This document shows positions 9,319 to 19,476 of a stretch of 64,000 bases of DNA, piece by piece; the stretch's first letter is position 1; each line of letters opens with the position of its first letter. Source of the stretch: Promethearchaeia archaeon (GTDB lineage Archaea; Asgardarchaeota; Lokiarchaeia; Sigyniarchaeales; SOKP01); contig JAHQWK010000023.1 of assembly GCA_029856145.1 (NCBI GenBank), forward strand, positions 1 to 64,000. Reading direction: 5' to 3'. The notes under the pieces are model-generated. The model was not told the origin of the DNA and did not search any database. It saw only the letters and a program-made list of their open reading frames with translations. The position numbers were made by a program, and so were the translations under genes.

Positions 9319-10137
9319 TTAGATTTTTTTTTTGTATAAGCCTAAGAATATTATTACAAAAACAAATATGTCTACTGATTCAGCTAATATGATATACATT
9401 GCTACTTCTCCCAAAATGTTCTGAATAAGAGGTCTAAAAATGTTTGAAAGTAAGTATAAAAAAAATCCAAGTGTTAAAATTCCTGGCTTAACGACTGTAA
9501 GACGCTTTAATCTGTAAGCTAAGAAAAAAATATATACAATTCCAATTAATGATGGGATAACAATAGCAGGTAGAATCATACCCATAGTTGTATTATTTGG
9601 AGCTATAATAACTACTATAGATTCAATACCCACAATAATTAGTATTATTATAGCTCGCAATTTATTCATATAATCCTTATTTTTTAATTTTTGATACTTA
9701 TCTTCTAATCTAAAAAAGATAATTTCAAAACCGAGGTAAATTAAAGGTGCTACTTCGAATATAATTATAAAAAATCTGAATTTTAGAAATAATAAAACAA
9801 TATCATTACTAAATGTGAAAAAAGTAAGATCCCAAAGTAAATCAATCACCTTTCCAAAAAGGAGAATAAGGAAGAACAATCCTAATAAAAATGGGATATC
9901 TGATAAATATTGTGCTTCTTGTTTAAACCATTTATTAAATAAATAAAAAACAGTGATAGCTAAGATTATTATTCTAATGGATATTACCAGTAGGACTTCA
10001 AATGCGCCTTCATAGACTTGAAAGGCTTGAATAATAAGTGACCAATTAATAATGTATAAAACAGCAACCCCAATAATAGCTAAAGTAAAACATATGAGTA
10101 TTATTAATTTATAGCGTCCCTTTTTTGATAATTCCAT
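9319..10137 (-). CDS. Polytopic (7-8 TM) membrane protein, unknown function
   Basis: Repeated hydrophobic segments; no enzymatic motif recognised. Confidence 0.7.
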   Translation of the reverse strand: MELSKKGRYKLIILICFTLAIIGVAVLYIINWSLIIQAFQVYEGAFEVLLVISIRIIILAITVFYLFNKWFKQEAQYLSDIPFLLGLFFLILLFGKVIDLLWDLTFFTFSNDIVLLFLKFRFFIIIFEVAPLIYLGFEIIFFRLEDKYQKLKNKDYMNKLRAIIILIIVGIESIVVIIAPNNTTMGMILPAIVIPSLIGIVYIFFLAYRLKRLTVVKPGILTLGFFLYLLSNIFRPLIQNILGEVAMYIILAESVDIFVFVIIFLGLYKKKI

Positions 10138-10321
10138 AATTATTGATATATTTTAATTCTTTTAAATTGAACTAAAAATTTAAATTATTCAAAAGCAATC
10201 TACAACTAAATAAGACCTTAAAATTAAATGATTTCTGTCATCCTCAAAGTAGTTTTTATATAGATATTTTAAATGTCATCCGAAAACGTATATAAATCTT
10301 GTTAAAAACTTGAGAATACTT

Positions 10322-11443
10322 TTAGGTGAAAGGAAATTTATATTTATCAAGTCCAAGTTCTGTTTGCATGATTTTGATATCATTTTGTAGACTTTTATTA
10401 ATAGGAACACCATTAATTTTTATGTTATTCTCAGCAATAGACTCTTTTTCTCCAGCAGTGTAAATACGGTCAATACTCGGAATTTTTCTTGAACCTCTCA
10501 AATCCTTCATTATATTACCAGCAGTTTTCTTAAATGAATTTAAACCTATAAAACTCTCAGTATTAATCGCTAAGAAAAAATGTCCAACTTTTAATCTCTT
10601 TTGATCATTTTCTACTATCCCAAGTGTGTCTCTTAAGTAAATACCCTCTTGTAATGCTGCTGAAAGCAGTTCTACTACTGTTGCATATCCATATCCTTTG
10701 TACCCTGCCGTATCTTCACCTTTTCCTCCTAATGGTAGCAATGCGGCTCTTCTTTCTAACATTTTATCCAAGACTTTATTTGCATCAGTCATGGTTTCGC
10801 CTTTATCATCAATTACAGTATTTTCTGGAAGAGGTTTGTTAATTCGGGCATTAACTTCAACTTTTCCTCGTTGAATTATTGAGGTAGCACAATCTATAAG
10901 GAAAGGAAATTCGTCATCAGTTGGGGCTCCAACTGTTAAAGGATTTGTTCCTAACATCGGCTCACATCCAAAAGTAGGTGGAATAGATGGTCTTGCATTA
11001 GTGACAGTTATCCCAATCATACCCTCTTTTATTGCCATAAGCGAATAATATCCTGCAATGCCAAAATGGGTGGAATTTTTTACTGCTACTGCTCCTAAGC
11101 CAAATTTTTTTGCTTTTTCAATTGCCATTTTCATTGCTTTATAAGCAATAACATGCCCCATACCGCAATTTCCATCCAATAATGCTGTGGTAGGACCCTC
11201 TTTTATGACATTAATTTTCGTTTCTGCTTCATAAATCCCTTTCTTTATCCGATCATAATACATTTTGCATCTCTGAATACCATGCGATTCTATACCTCTC
11301 AAATCTGACGTAATCAATACATCCGCAATAATTTGAGCATCTTTTTTTGGAACACCTAATCCGATGAAAACATCTCTCATAAAATTTTCAAGGGTTTCAG
11401 CATCCATAAACACAATATTATCTGACATTTTTAAATTTCCCAA
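10322..11443 (-). CDS. Ldh_2 family (ComC/AllD/Mdh-type) 2-hydroxyacid dehydrogenase
   Basis: SDLRGIESHG, NSTHFGIAGYY, LGTNPL, GYKGYG motifs. Probable start is ATG 11428. Confidence 0.9.
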   Translation of the reverse strand: MGNLKMSDNIVFMDAETLENFMRDVFIGLGVPKKDAQIIADVLITSDLRGIESHGIQRCKMYYDRIKKGIYEAETKINVIKEGPTTALLDGNCGMGHVIAYKAMKMAIEKAKKFGLGAVAVKNSTHFGIAGYYSLMAIKEGMIGITVTNARPSIPPTFGCEPMLGTNPLTVGAPTDDEFPFLIDCATSIIQRGKVEVNARINKPLPENTVIDDKGETMTDANKVLDKMLERRAALLPLGGKGEDTAGYKGYGYATVVELLSAALQEGIYLRDTLGIVENDQKRLKVGHFFLAINTESFIGLNSFKKTAGNIMKDLRGSRKIPSIDRIYTAGEKESIAENNIKINGVPINKSLQNDIKIMQTELGLDKYKFPFT

Positions 11444-11684
11444 TTTGTATTTCTAATTAACTTAAGAATTTGATTTAACTAATATAGATTAGTTTTTTCA
11501 TTTAATTATAATGCTTATTATGTGTTAAATGTGAATGTTCAATTTTTTTAGTACTTTTAGGTTTAGATTAATTCTAAGGAATATGGTCTAGATATTATTC
11601 TCGTATTTATAGTAAAAATTATACTAACATATGTGATATTGTACAATCAATTATAGGATAATTAAAAATATATTTTATAGTGTC

Positions 11685-12545
11685 ATGAATAAAAAAGAAA
11701 AGCTAAAATGCCCATTATGCAATACTAAATTCATTCCAAGAACTTTTTACCCAGAGGAAGCTACTTTTTCTTCTGATGGAAAATTATTATCAGGATTTAA
11801 TGGGTATATAAGTTCTAGTGGTGTTAAACCATCCGAAGTAATTCTCGGTTCTTGGATTACCTATTGTCCAAATTGTAATTATATTATGAAATTTGTTAAG
11901 GAAATCGTTAAGAAAGAAAAGATTCAATCACCCACCACCATTGCAACTAAAGAGATTAAAGAAAAATATAATAATTACTACTTTGGGTTTCCATTTGAGG
12001 ATTATTCACAATATTTATCTGGAGTTTCTGAAAAAGTTAAAGCTAATATTAAAAAATCTCTCAAAGGTGTAGATCTTAACATTTGGGAAAATATGTATGA
12101 AATTGAAGATACATTTAAACTTTTAGTGCGATTTTACGCAAATTTGGAGTCATATTGCGATGCTCAACTTCCGAATAATGATAATAAAAATTTACCAATA
12201 AAAATAAAAATGTTAAAATTATTACCAGATTTAGAGAATTTATTATTAGATTTAAACGAAATAAGAAAACAAACTATTCAAGGGAACTATGAGTTATCTT
12301 CTGGTGATAAAGAAAAAGTCAATACTGCGGTAGTGAATTTTACATTGAATTTAATTGAAAAACACATTAAACCGGTAGTTGATGGAAAGAAATTAAAAAC
12401 AAAATACAATTACATCGATATTAAAGATCTTAACTCGGAAATCAAAGTTTTTCTAAATGGATATCTAAATGGTTTATTCAATCATGGAAAATCTGCCAAT
12501 AACAAAGTAAGATCATTTTTAGATAATTTACTTATTAATGAATAA
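11685..12545 (+). CDS. Hypothetical protein with N-terminal zinc ribbon and possible degenerate HEPN-like helical domain
   Basis: CPLC...CPNC; LLDLNEIRKQTIQG resembles HEPN Rx4H without the His. Confidence 0.6.
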   Translation: MNKKEKLKCPLCNTKFIPRTFYPEEATFSSDGKLLSGFNGYISSSGVKPSEVILGSWITYCPNCNYIMKFVKEIVKKEKIQSPTTIATKEIKEKYNNYYFGFPFEDYSQYLSGVSEKVKANIKKSLKGVDLNIWENMYEIEDTFKLLVRFYANLESYCDAQLPNNDNKNLPIKIKMLKLLPDLENLLLDLNEIRKQTIQGNYELSSGDKEKVNTAVVNFTLNLIEKHIKPVVDGKKLKTKYNYIDIKDLNSEIKVFLNGYLNGLFNHGKSANNKVRSFLDNLLINE

Positions 12546-12636
12546 TACTGATTTTTTAATTCCTTATTTTATGGTCATCTCCATATTATCACCATGCTAT
12601 ACGTTTTTTTGAATTCTAATAACATACTTTTAATTC

Positions 12637-12801
12637 ATGATTTTAAATGATTTAAATACTAAAGTTAAAGGGAAGTTTTATAAAGAGATTACAATAGAGG
12701 ATGATGGCGAAGACCTTATCTACGTTTTTCCTGATACAAAAGAATTTCTATCAATCATTAGAAGAAAAGAGATTAAAAAGGAATTAATTTCGAAGAAGTA
12801 A
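12637..12801 (+). CDS. Small hypothetical protein (54 aa, MILNDLNTKVKGKFYKEITIEDDGEDLIYVFPDT...)
   Basis: ATG-to-TAA ORF read manually, with typical composition; below the ORF-track cutoff. Confidence 0.4.
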   Translation: MILNDLNTKVKGKFYKEITIEDDGEDLIYVFPDTKEFLSIIRRKEIKKELISKK

Positions 12802-12902
12802 CTCAAGGTTTTGTTAGTTAACTGAGGATTTACAAAACTTCAACTTTTTTTTGAAAATGTAAATTTTAAATTTTAAAATAAATTATTATATTTGGAACAT
12901 TA

Positions 12903-13196
12903 GGCCAGTTCTGCAATCCTAAACTGGATGAACCGTAAAACGGTCTCTAGCGGAAATTGCCTGAATTCAGGTTTCATGAATATATTATCCAATCTTATGT
13001 TCCGTCGAAGCGCTCCCCATAATGGTAGGTATCAGAGCAGTACCTTTTGTAGGAAAGGTATAAGCTCATAATTAGAAAACCGGACAGGTCCGGGAGGAAG
13101 CATCCGTAACTATAGATATTTACGCTTTATGGTAAGGGTGTGGAGGGGCATGAGATCTTATGGTCATAATAGTAGGATTGATATCGAGATTCAGGA
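12903..13196 (+). ncRNA. ffs: Archaeal SRP (7S) RNA
   Basis: Helix 8 CGGA-CAGGTCC-GGGA-GGA-AGCA-TCCG (13081-13106); helix 6 TACCTTTT-GTAG-GAAAGGTA with GNAR loop (13041-13060); 5' Alu-like hairpins; CCTGAAT/ATTCAGG closing helix; ~295 nt ending at a T-tract. Confidence 0.9.
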
Positions 13197-13217
13197 TTTT
13201 TTAACTATTAATCTTGA

Positions 13218-13682
13218 TTATTCCTTACTATTACTTGCATTTTTTGGTTCTTTTACTAATACATATCTACAAAACTTATTATTAGAATTAAGAATACACT
13301 CCTTAATTTCAACAGAATATCTAAATTCAGGATGAGAAGAGTTTAATATTGCTACTGTATATGGAATACAAATTGTATTTTGAATAAGTTCCGATTTATC
13401 AGGATTGTACTTACCACCAATAGGGCAAAATCGTTTTGAATATTTAAGTGAAATTTCTAATGTATTATCATCTATGGCTTTTATGCTTGTTTTAGCATTT
13501 AGAACATTATAAATTCTTTTTAAACTATTTTCTAATCCGGTAACTCCTTTCTTTTGTAATAATTTACCTAGTTTTGCCCCTAAACTGGCAGAAATCGATT
13601 TAGGGAGATTAGCACCGCCCACATCAATCATTTCTTTAATATATGATTGAAAAAATTTTAAAGCATCTCTATTCTTTGACAT
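13218..13682 (-). CDS. V4R/MetOD1-like (methanogen output domain) protein, copy 1
   Basis: RFCPIGG...ICIPYT...IKECI...KFCRY Cys pattern. Start at ATG 13682 (MSKNRDALKFFQ) chosen by alignment to the paralog. Confidence 0.65.
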   Translation of the reverse strand: MSKNRDALKFFQSYIKEMIDVGGANLPKSISASLGAKLGKLLQKKGVTGLENSLKRIYNVLNAKTSIKAIDDNTLEISLKYSKRFCPIGGKYNPDKSELIQNTICIPYTVAILNSSHPEFRYSVEIKECILNSNNKFCRYVLVKEPKNASNSKE

Positions 13683-13804
13683 TTTGATGATGAGAAAGAT
13701 AATTGAAAAATTACGAAAAATATAGTTAATTGTCAATCTTAAAGTATTTAAGAATTATTATTAGAATTATTTATTTGACAATAATTTAGAAAAAAGATAA
13801 ATCA

Positions 13805-14257
13805 TTAACCAGCAGTATTCTTTTTTGAGACTTTTAAAATGTAATGACAAGTTTTATGATTATTAAGGGGAATACAGTTTAAAATCTCTTCTTCAAACAT
13901 ATATTGGGGAAAAATCTCATTTAGGAATCCTTTTGTATATGGAATGCATATATTTTCTTGAAAAATTGATGCTCGATCTGGATTGTGAGACCCTCCAATT
14001 GGGCAAAATCTTTTAGCATGTTTGACAACTACATCATATGTATTTTCATTTAATTGCTTTATCATTGTTTTTGCCTTTAATGCAGAATATAATTGCTTTA
14101 AAGTTATCCCAATATCTGGAGTTAATCCTCTTTTTTTATATAATTTACCTAATTTTGCTCCAGATTTTGAAGATATAGCTTTTGGTAAATTTTTTCCACC
14201 AACATCTATCATTTCTTTTATGTAGGCCTGAAAAAATTTTAAAGCGTCCTTAACGAT
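13805..14257 (-). CDS. V4R/MetOD1-like protein, copy 2 (probable ATC/ATT start)
   Basis: Tandem paralog of copy 1. The homologous DALKFFQAYIKEM lies upstream of the first ATG, after SD GAGGTG, with an in-frame TGA at 14267-14269. Confidence 0.65.
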   Translation of the reverse strand: MVKDALKFFQAYIKEMIDVGGKNLPKAISSKSGAKLGKLYKKRGLTPDIGITLKQLYSALKAKTMIKQLNENTYDVVVKHAKRFCPIGGSHNPDRASIFQENICIPYTKGFLNEIFPQYMFEEEILNCIPLNNHKTCHYILKVSKKNTAG

Positions 14258-14428
14258 AATACCACCTCAACTTAACCTTTAACCCTAATTTACATATAAA
14301 AAGGAAAAATCCAGATATATAAATTTATCCATTAATGTTAAATTTGTAATAGGAAAAAAGGGAAAACTCCTATATTAGATTCAAATTTTTTTTAAAAATA
14401 ATTAAAAGATGGTATTTTAGAGCTTAAT

Positions 14429-15034
14429 TTACGGTCTTTGAGATTTTAATGTAAATCTTAACAACCGATCCTTATCTTCTTCGGCATAGTCAATACCGAT
14501 TCTTTTGCTCGCGATAATATTATCCTTTTTAATAATTTCACCTTTAGTGAAAAATAATTTTGAGTTATGAGAACAAGAATCTATTCCATTAAATTGATTT
14601 TTTGTTATATTTAAAGCCATACATAACTTTCCGGGGCCATCAGTCAAATTTCGAAAATTCTTTCCAATTTTAACATTTCGATTTTCAATCATCAATTCAA
14701 TTCCATCAATAGGAAATAACTGTCGAATTAATACAGCACAAGGCATACCCTCTGACTCAGTTATAACATTCAGACAGAAGTATAATCCATAAATTAGATA
14801 AATATAGAGAGTTCCTGGTTTCATATACATGGTTTTTGTTCTATCAGTTTTTTTATAATTATATGAATGACTTGCTTTATCTTTTGGTCCAAGATAAGCC
14901 TCAACTTCTACAATTTTTCCGATTATTTTACCCTTCGATGTCTCTCTTATTATATATTTTCCTAGTAAATCAGTCGCAACAATCATGGTATCTCTTTCGA
15001 AAAACTCTCTTTTTAACCTTGTAAAATCCATCAA
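14429..15034 (-). CDS. mpg: DNA-3-methyladenine glycosylase (MPG/AAG family)
   Basis: IVEVEAYLGPKDKASHS, YIYLIYGLYFCLNV, AVLIR, TDGPGKLC, RIGI. Confidence 0.95.
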   Translation of the reverse strand: MMDFTRLKREFFERDTMIVATDLLGKYIIRETSKGKIIGKIVEVEAYLGPKDKASHSYNYKKTDRTKTMYMKPGTLYIYLIYGLYFCLNVITESEGMPCAVLIRQLFPIDGIELMIENRNVKIGKNFRNLTDGPGKLCMALNITKNQFNGIDSCSHNSKLFFTKGEIIKKDNIIASKRIGIDYAEEDKDRLLRFTLKSQRP

Positions 15035-15211
15035 ACATCTATTACCCGTATTATAATAAATTATAATTTGAAATATGAATCTTAAAATTAAAATATAGAA
15101 AAAGGAGGAAAAAGTTTAGATAAATGGCTTCTCGAATGACCACACCTAAACCAATATTCCTCCATTCTATATATCTTTTTTTTTTATTTAAACTTAGTTG
15201 AGAAAATAATA

Positions 15212-16045
15212 CTATTGATTCCTTTTTTTGATAAATTCTTCTTTTAGGAAAGGCTCTAACTTAGTATTACAGGCAATAAATGGGAATTTTACTCTTATTG
15301 ATAATTCTTTCTCAATTTCAGTTCCATCTAAAGAAAAAATTTTACCACCAGCTTCTTTTAAAATTAGCATCCCTGCGGCTACATCTACTAGTCTATTGCT
15401 AGGTCTCAAATTGATGAAAGCTTCCATGCTTCCGCGTGCTATTTGGCATAAAGTTAACGCACTACTTCCTAATATTCTAATTCTATAAAATCTTCTTATT
15501 AATGGACTTAATTTTTGTAAATTCTTCATTAAATTTTTCATTGGAAGATTAAGTTCAAAAAAGCATTTTTGAGAAATATCCAAATCAGAAACATGAATTT
15601 TTTTATCGTTAAAATAAGCACCTTTCCCTTTTTCCGCCCAATATATATCTTTTGTATTCAAATTAAGTACCACTGCTTTACTGATGTCTATTATCCTGTT
15701 TCCAATAGCATAAGCTATTGAGACAGAACAATAAGGTATCCCTCTGACAGCATTGTTTGAACCATCTAAAGGATCAACAATTAAAATATTCTGATTATTT
15801 TTAGCTTTTTCTGTATCTCCTATGTATTTTTCTCCTAATTCTTCACTTATTAATAATAAATTAGCATCTGCTTTTTCTAAAGAATCAATTATTACCTTTT
15901 CAGCAATTAAGTCAATTTCCATTGACAAATCTCCCCCCGCGCCTCTTTTAGTCTTTTTAGCGACTTCTTTTGTGCCTAAAAGAGGATTTACAATATCAAA
16001 TACATTAATTGCAATCTGCTTTAAGAAGTTAATATCTAGATCCAT
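15212..16045 (-). CDS. suhB: Inositol monophosphatase / FBPase (archaeal SuhB type)
   Basis: ISEE, IVDPLDGSNN, RILGSSAL, DVAAG. Confidence 0.9.
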   Translation of the reverse strand: MDLDINFLKQIAINVFDIVNPLLGTKEVAKKTKRGAGGDLSMEIDLIAEKVIIDSLEKADANLLLISEELGEKYIGDTEKAKNNQNILIVDPLDGSNNAVRGIPYCSVSIAYAIGNRIIDISKAVVLNLNTKDIYWAEKGKGAYFNDKKIHVSDLDISQKCFFELNLPMKNLMKNLQKLSPLIRRFYRIRILGSSALTLCQIARGSMEAFINLRPSNRLVDVAAGMLILKEAGGKIFSLDGTEIEKELSIRVKFPFIACNTKLEPFLKEEFIKKRNQ

Positions 16046-16099
16046 TGAAATCAGAGTGAAATGTAATTATAAGAAGAAATCTAAATAACTAATTAATTT

Positions 16100-17359
16100 T
16101 TATGGAGATTTTATAATTGTTAGTTCAAGGTTTATAATTTCGTTTAATTTATCTAGTTGTGTTGTTTCCATTAGAATAAGAGCTTTTTCAAAGATCAATT
16201 TAGGTCCTATTTTCAAGTCTTTCTTTAAATAAATTTTATCGATTTTATTTAAAGTTAGCCAATCTGAGATTAAAATTCCCTTTCTCTTTTCTTCTTTAAT
16301 AAATTTGTTAGTAATTATATTATAATTCAATAACGTTCTTTCGTTTTCACCTTCTTCAATTTCAAATAAAGCAAAAAAGGGAGATTCTCCAAAATGATCA
16401 GAAATTTTTGAATTTAGGCCATTATTATCTCTTAACGGGACAGCCACTTTCGTTATAGGTTTCTCTTGAGTTTGAGTTAAAATTATTACTTTGAAGATTT
16501 GAGGGAAATCCTCTTTTATTTTGGTAATTACAAGATTTTTTAAGATTTGAATTTTAGCTAATGAAAGATCTTTATTTAAATCGATAATTACTTCTAAAAA
16601 TACATACCTTCCATAAGATCTTATCTCTAAACTCTCTATTTTTTTAATTTTTGGAAACGATTCTATTAGATTATTAAGTTCAGTCCTTTTATCAAAATCT
16701 ATAACGGCATCTAGCAAGGTCTTCGTTGAGTTCAGAAAAATATCATATCCTCCTTTAATTATAAAAAGAGCAATGAATAATCCAATTATTGAATCTAAAA
16801 GATATAAATTAAAACTGATGCCGATAAATCCCACTAAAACTGATAAAGATATATAGTTATCATATAATTTTTCGCTTGCTTCTGATTCAATGATTGGAGA
16901 TTTCGTTTTCTTTCCTATTATCTTTAAATACAAAGTTAGTAATAAAGATATTAAGAAAGAAATAACTAAAAAGATAAAAATTGAATTAGAAATATTAATA
17001 ATTTTTGTACTGCCTGAAATAAAATCTGAAATATCTTTAATAGATAGCGAAAAAATATTATAGGCCGTATAGAAAATAAAAAATGAAATAATCAAGCTGA
17101 TAATATTTTCAATTTTATAATAACCATAAGGAAATTTTTCATTTGGTTTTTTTCTAGAATAAATGATCCCTATTAAAGCAGCAAATACCATTACTATATC
17201 CGTAAGGTTATCAAAAGCATCTGCTTGAAGTGCTATACTATTTGTTATTATTGAAAAGATTAATTTTAGAATGAATAAAGAAACGTTTATAGCTAACAAA
17301 AAAAGGTTTAAAAATATAGGGCGCTGATAATACTTCAGATTTTCACTAGAATCAGTCAT
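16100..17359 (-). CDS. Cation diffusion facilitator fused to a NifB/NifX-like domain
   Basis: ADAFDNLTD, PNEKFPYGYYKIE; C-terminal VAVP...ISDHFGESPFF. Confidence 0.9.
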   Translation of the reverse strand: MTDSSENLKYYQRPIFLNLFLLAINVSLFILKLIFSIITNSIALQADAFDNLTDIVMVFAALIGIIYSRKKPNEKFPYGYYKIENIISLIISFFIFYTAYNIFSLSIKDISDFISGSTKIINISNSIFIFLVISFLISLLLTLYLKIIGKKTKSPIIESEASEKLYDNYISLSVLVGFIGISFNLYLLDSIIGLFIALFIIKGGYDIFLNSTKTLLDAVIDFDKRTELNNLIESFPKIKKIESLEIRSYGRYVFLEVIIDLNKDLSLAKIQILKNLVITKIKEDFPQIFKVIILTQTQEKPITKVAVPLRDNNGLNSKISDHFGESPFFALFEIEEGENERTLLNYNIITNKFIKEEKRKGILISDWLTLNKIDKIYLKKDLKIGPKLIFEKALILMETTQLDKLNEIINLELTIIKSP

Positions 17360-18081
17360 TTTAGAATTTTATGTTTTTCAATAATCCATTTATCTACAAT
17401 AAATTCCTGAGATTTATCTTTTTCTTTCACACTATATTCACTATGTATAGTACTTTTTGGTATCCAAAATTCCTCTCCAGAATCTAAAGTAATTAACAAA
17501 GCCTTAGGGCTTTCTACTTTAATTTTAGCTTTAATTTCAATATGATCTCTCGAGGCGCTAAATTCTGTAGTTTCAACTATATGCAGCCCATCTCTCGCGG
17601 TTATATGTTCCGAAAAAACACCATATTCAACTTCTTCGTCAACCTCTTCTTTTTCTATAGTTTTGGCTTCAAAGGTGCCACTTGTAGCATGCTCAATTTT
17701 TTCACTTAGGATATGACGCAGTATTAATGTTAAAAAATTTAAATTTGGATATCGAAGTTTTTTTCTATATTCTCCTATTTTCACCTGTAAAACTTGACGA
17801 GATTCATCTTCCCAACCTACGTAAATCTCTGTTTTACGTTCTTTGAAAACATGATAACCTCTCCAGTTCGCACTCCTTCTGTTAAGGACTTCTAAAATAC
17901 ATATAATTTCTTCAATTGATAACCTTACTGTCTTTCCCTCACCTTCCGATGGCTTCTCCCAAGAACCATTGTCTTTTCTATTTATACAACTTAAGAAAAT
18001 GTATGGAACTTGTTTTGAAGGACTTGTCACTCTGAGACTCGTCTTTTGCCCATAAAAGGTTTTTATATGAAAATCCGCCAA
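17356..18081 (-). CDS. Hypothetical protein, possible Whirly/PC4-like ssDNA-binding fold plus small C-terminal beta domain
   Basis: Repeated beta-strand/helix pattern with VRLSIEEII and GYH; C-terminal ESPKALL...WIPKS...VDKWI. Probable TTG start at 18081. Confidence 0.55.
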   Translation of the reverse strand: MADFHIKTFYGQKTSLRVTSPSKQVPYIFLSCINRKDNGSWEKPSEGEGKTVRLSIEEIICILEVLNRRSANWRGYHVFKERKTEIYVGWEDESRQVLQVKIGEYRKKLRYPNLNFLTLILRHILSEKIEHATSGTFEAKTIEKEEVDEEVEYGVFSEHITARDGLHIVETTEFSASRDHIEIKAKIKVESPKALLITLDSGEEFWIPKSTIHSEYSVKEKDKSQEFIVDKWIIEKHKILK

Positions 18082-18273
18082 TTTAATACACTTATGAGTT
18101 ATTTTATTAAGCAATCTTTTGATTGACTAATAAAATTATATTAATTTATTGATTTAAATCTAATTAATTAAACCTCTCATTTATTTTTTTTAAAAAATTT
18201 AGGAAATAAGTAAAAGTTTTATTAAATTTGATTTTATATAACCGTAAATCAATTTTTTTTCTTGTGAATTAAA

Positions 18274-19032
18274 ATGGAAAAGAAAAATAATAAATCCAAT
18301 GAAAAAATTGAGAAGAGAGTTATTATAAGCAGCTCAGGAGATTTACAAGAATTCGACGAACATATAAGTGCTATGGGATCTGCTAAAATTTCTGGTGGAA
18401 AAACAAATAAATCTATACGAATCTCAGGTTCAGGAAAAATAAATGGAGATTTAGAATGTAATGGACTTACATCAACGGGAACTGTAACAGGATCTGGTAA
18501 TTTCACTTCTCATGGGGAAATAAGTAGTTCAGGTTCATTCAACATTGCTGGATTTCTTTATGGTGATGAAAGTGCTGATTTTTCAGGTTCAACTCAAATA
18601 GGTAATCTTGTTAATATCCAAGGTTCTTTAATTGCTTCAGGTTCTTTTAAAGTAGGACATTTTGTAAGAGGTGAACAAGGAATTCAACTTTCTGGCTCTT
18701 CAGATATAAATGGGAACCTTTCTTCTGAGAAGAGCATTAGGATTGATGGATCAACCTATATTGAAGGTAACGTAGTAGGTGAAGAAGTTCTTTTTGGTGT
18801 TTCTGAAAACATACGAAAGAGGCAACATTACAAAATTCATGGAAGTATACTTGCTAAGAATAAGGTAGATGTTATCAGAACGCATGTTAAGGGAGATATT
18901 AAAGGCAAAGATGTAACAATAGGTAAAGGTTCAGAAATTCTCGGAACTATTTATTATGTTGATAAAATTGAAGTTGATAAAAAAGTAAAATTAGCTAATG
19001 AGCCCACTCAGATTAAACTGGATGAATTATAA
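18274..19032 (+). CDS. Polymer-forming cytoskeletal (bactofilin-like beta-helix) protein
   Basis: Many SGS/ISGSGKINGDL-type Gly/Ser/Ile repeats; VKGDIKGKDVTIGKGSEILGTIYY end. Confidence 0.8.
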   Translation: MEKKNNKSNEKIEKRVIISSSGDLQEFDEHISAMGSAKISGGKTNKSIRISGSGKINGDLECNGLTSTGTVTGSGNFTSHGEISSSGSFNIAGFLYGDESADFSGSTQIGNLVNIQGSLIASGSFKVGHFVRGEQGIQLSGSSDINGNLSSEKSIRIDGSTYIEGNVVGEEVLFGVSENIRKRQHYKIHGSILAKNKVDVIRTHVKGDIKGKDVTIGKGSEILGTIYYVDKIEVDKKVKLANEPTQIKLDEL

Positions 19033-19070
19033 TCTTAAAAAAACTGTTTTATAGTAAAAATCAATTCAAA

Positions 19071-19376
19071 TTACATTAATTCAATTTCTACGAGTACTGA
19101 TTCAGGAATCTGAATTTTCATAATGAGATGCATGCTACGTTCATTTGCGATAATTTCAAATAGTCTTTTATGAATACGCATCTCAAATTTGGCCCAGGTG
19201 GAAGTTCCTTGGCCACTAGGCGCTTTCATTACAGGAACCCGTAATCTTTTTGTGGGAAGAGGAATAGGCCCATTCTTTCTGATTCCCTGACTACTGCATA
19301 CTCTTTCGATTTGCTGGCATACGGATTTAAGTGCTTCTAATTGCGTAGATGACAACCGTATGCGTGCTTTTTGTAT
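19071..19376 (-). CDS. rpsJ: 30S ribosomal protein uS10 (ATA start)
   Basis: GPIPLPTKRL, FEMRIHKRL. The conserved N-terminus QKARIRL follows ATA at 19376, with SD GGTGA 7 nt upstream and an in-frame TAA two codons upstream. Confidence 0.95.
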   Translation of the reverse strand: MQKARIRLSSTQLEALKSVCQQIERVCSSQGIRKNGPIPLPTKRLRVPVMKAPSGQGTSTWAKFEMRIHKRLFEIIANERSMHLIMKIQIPESVLVEIELM

Positions 19377-19476
19377 GTTTTATTCACCAATCGAAATTAT
19401 ATTTAAAATTTGTGGTTCTTCCTTCAAATTTATGGTTTTTATAATTATTACTCGTAAATAAATTTTTTTATCTAAT

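Noticed and set aside
13129-13335. 68-aa + strand ORF
   Set aside because: It overlaps the SRP RNA 3' half and lies antisense to a real gene.
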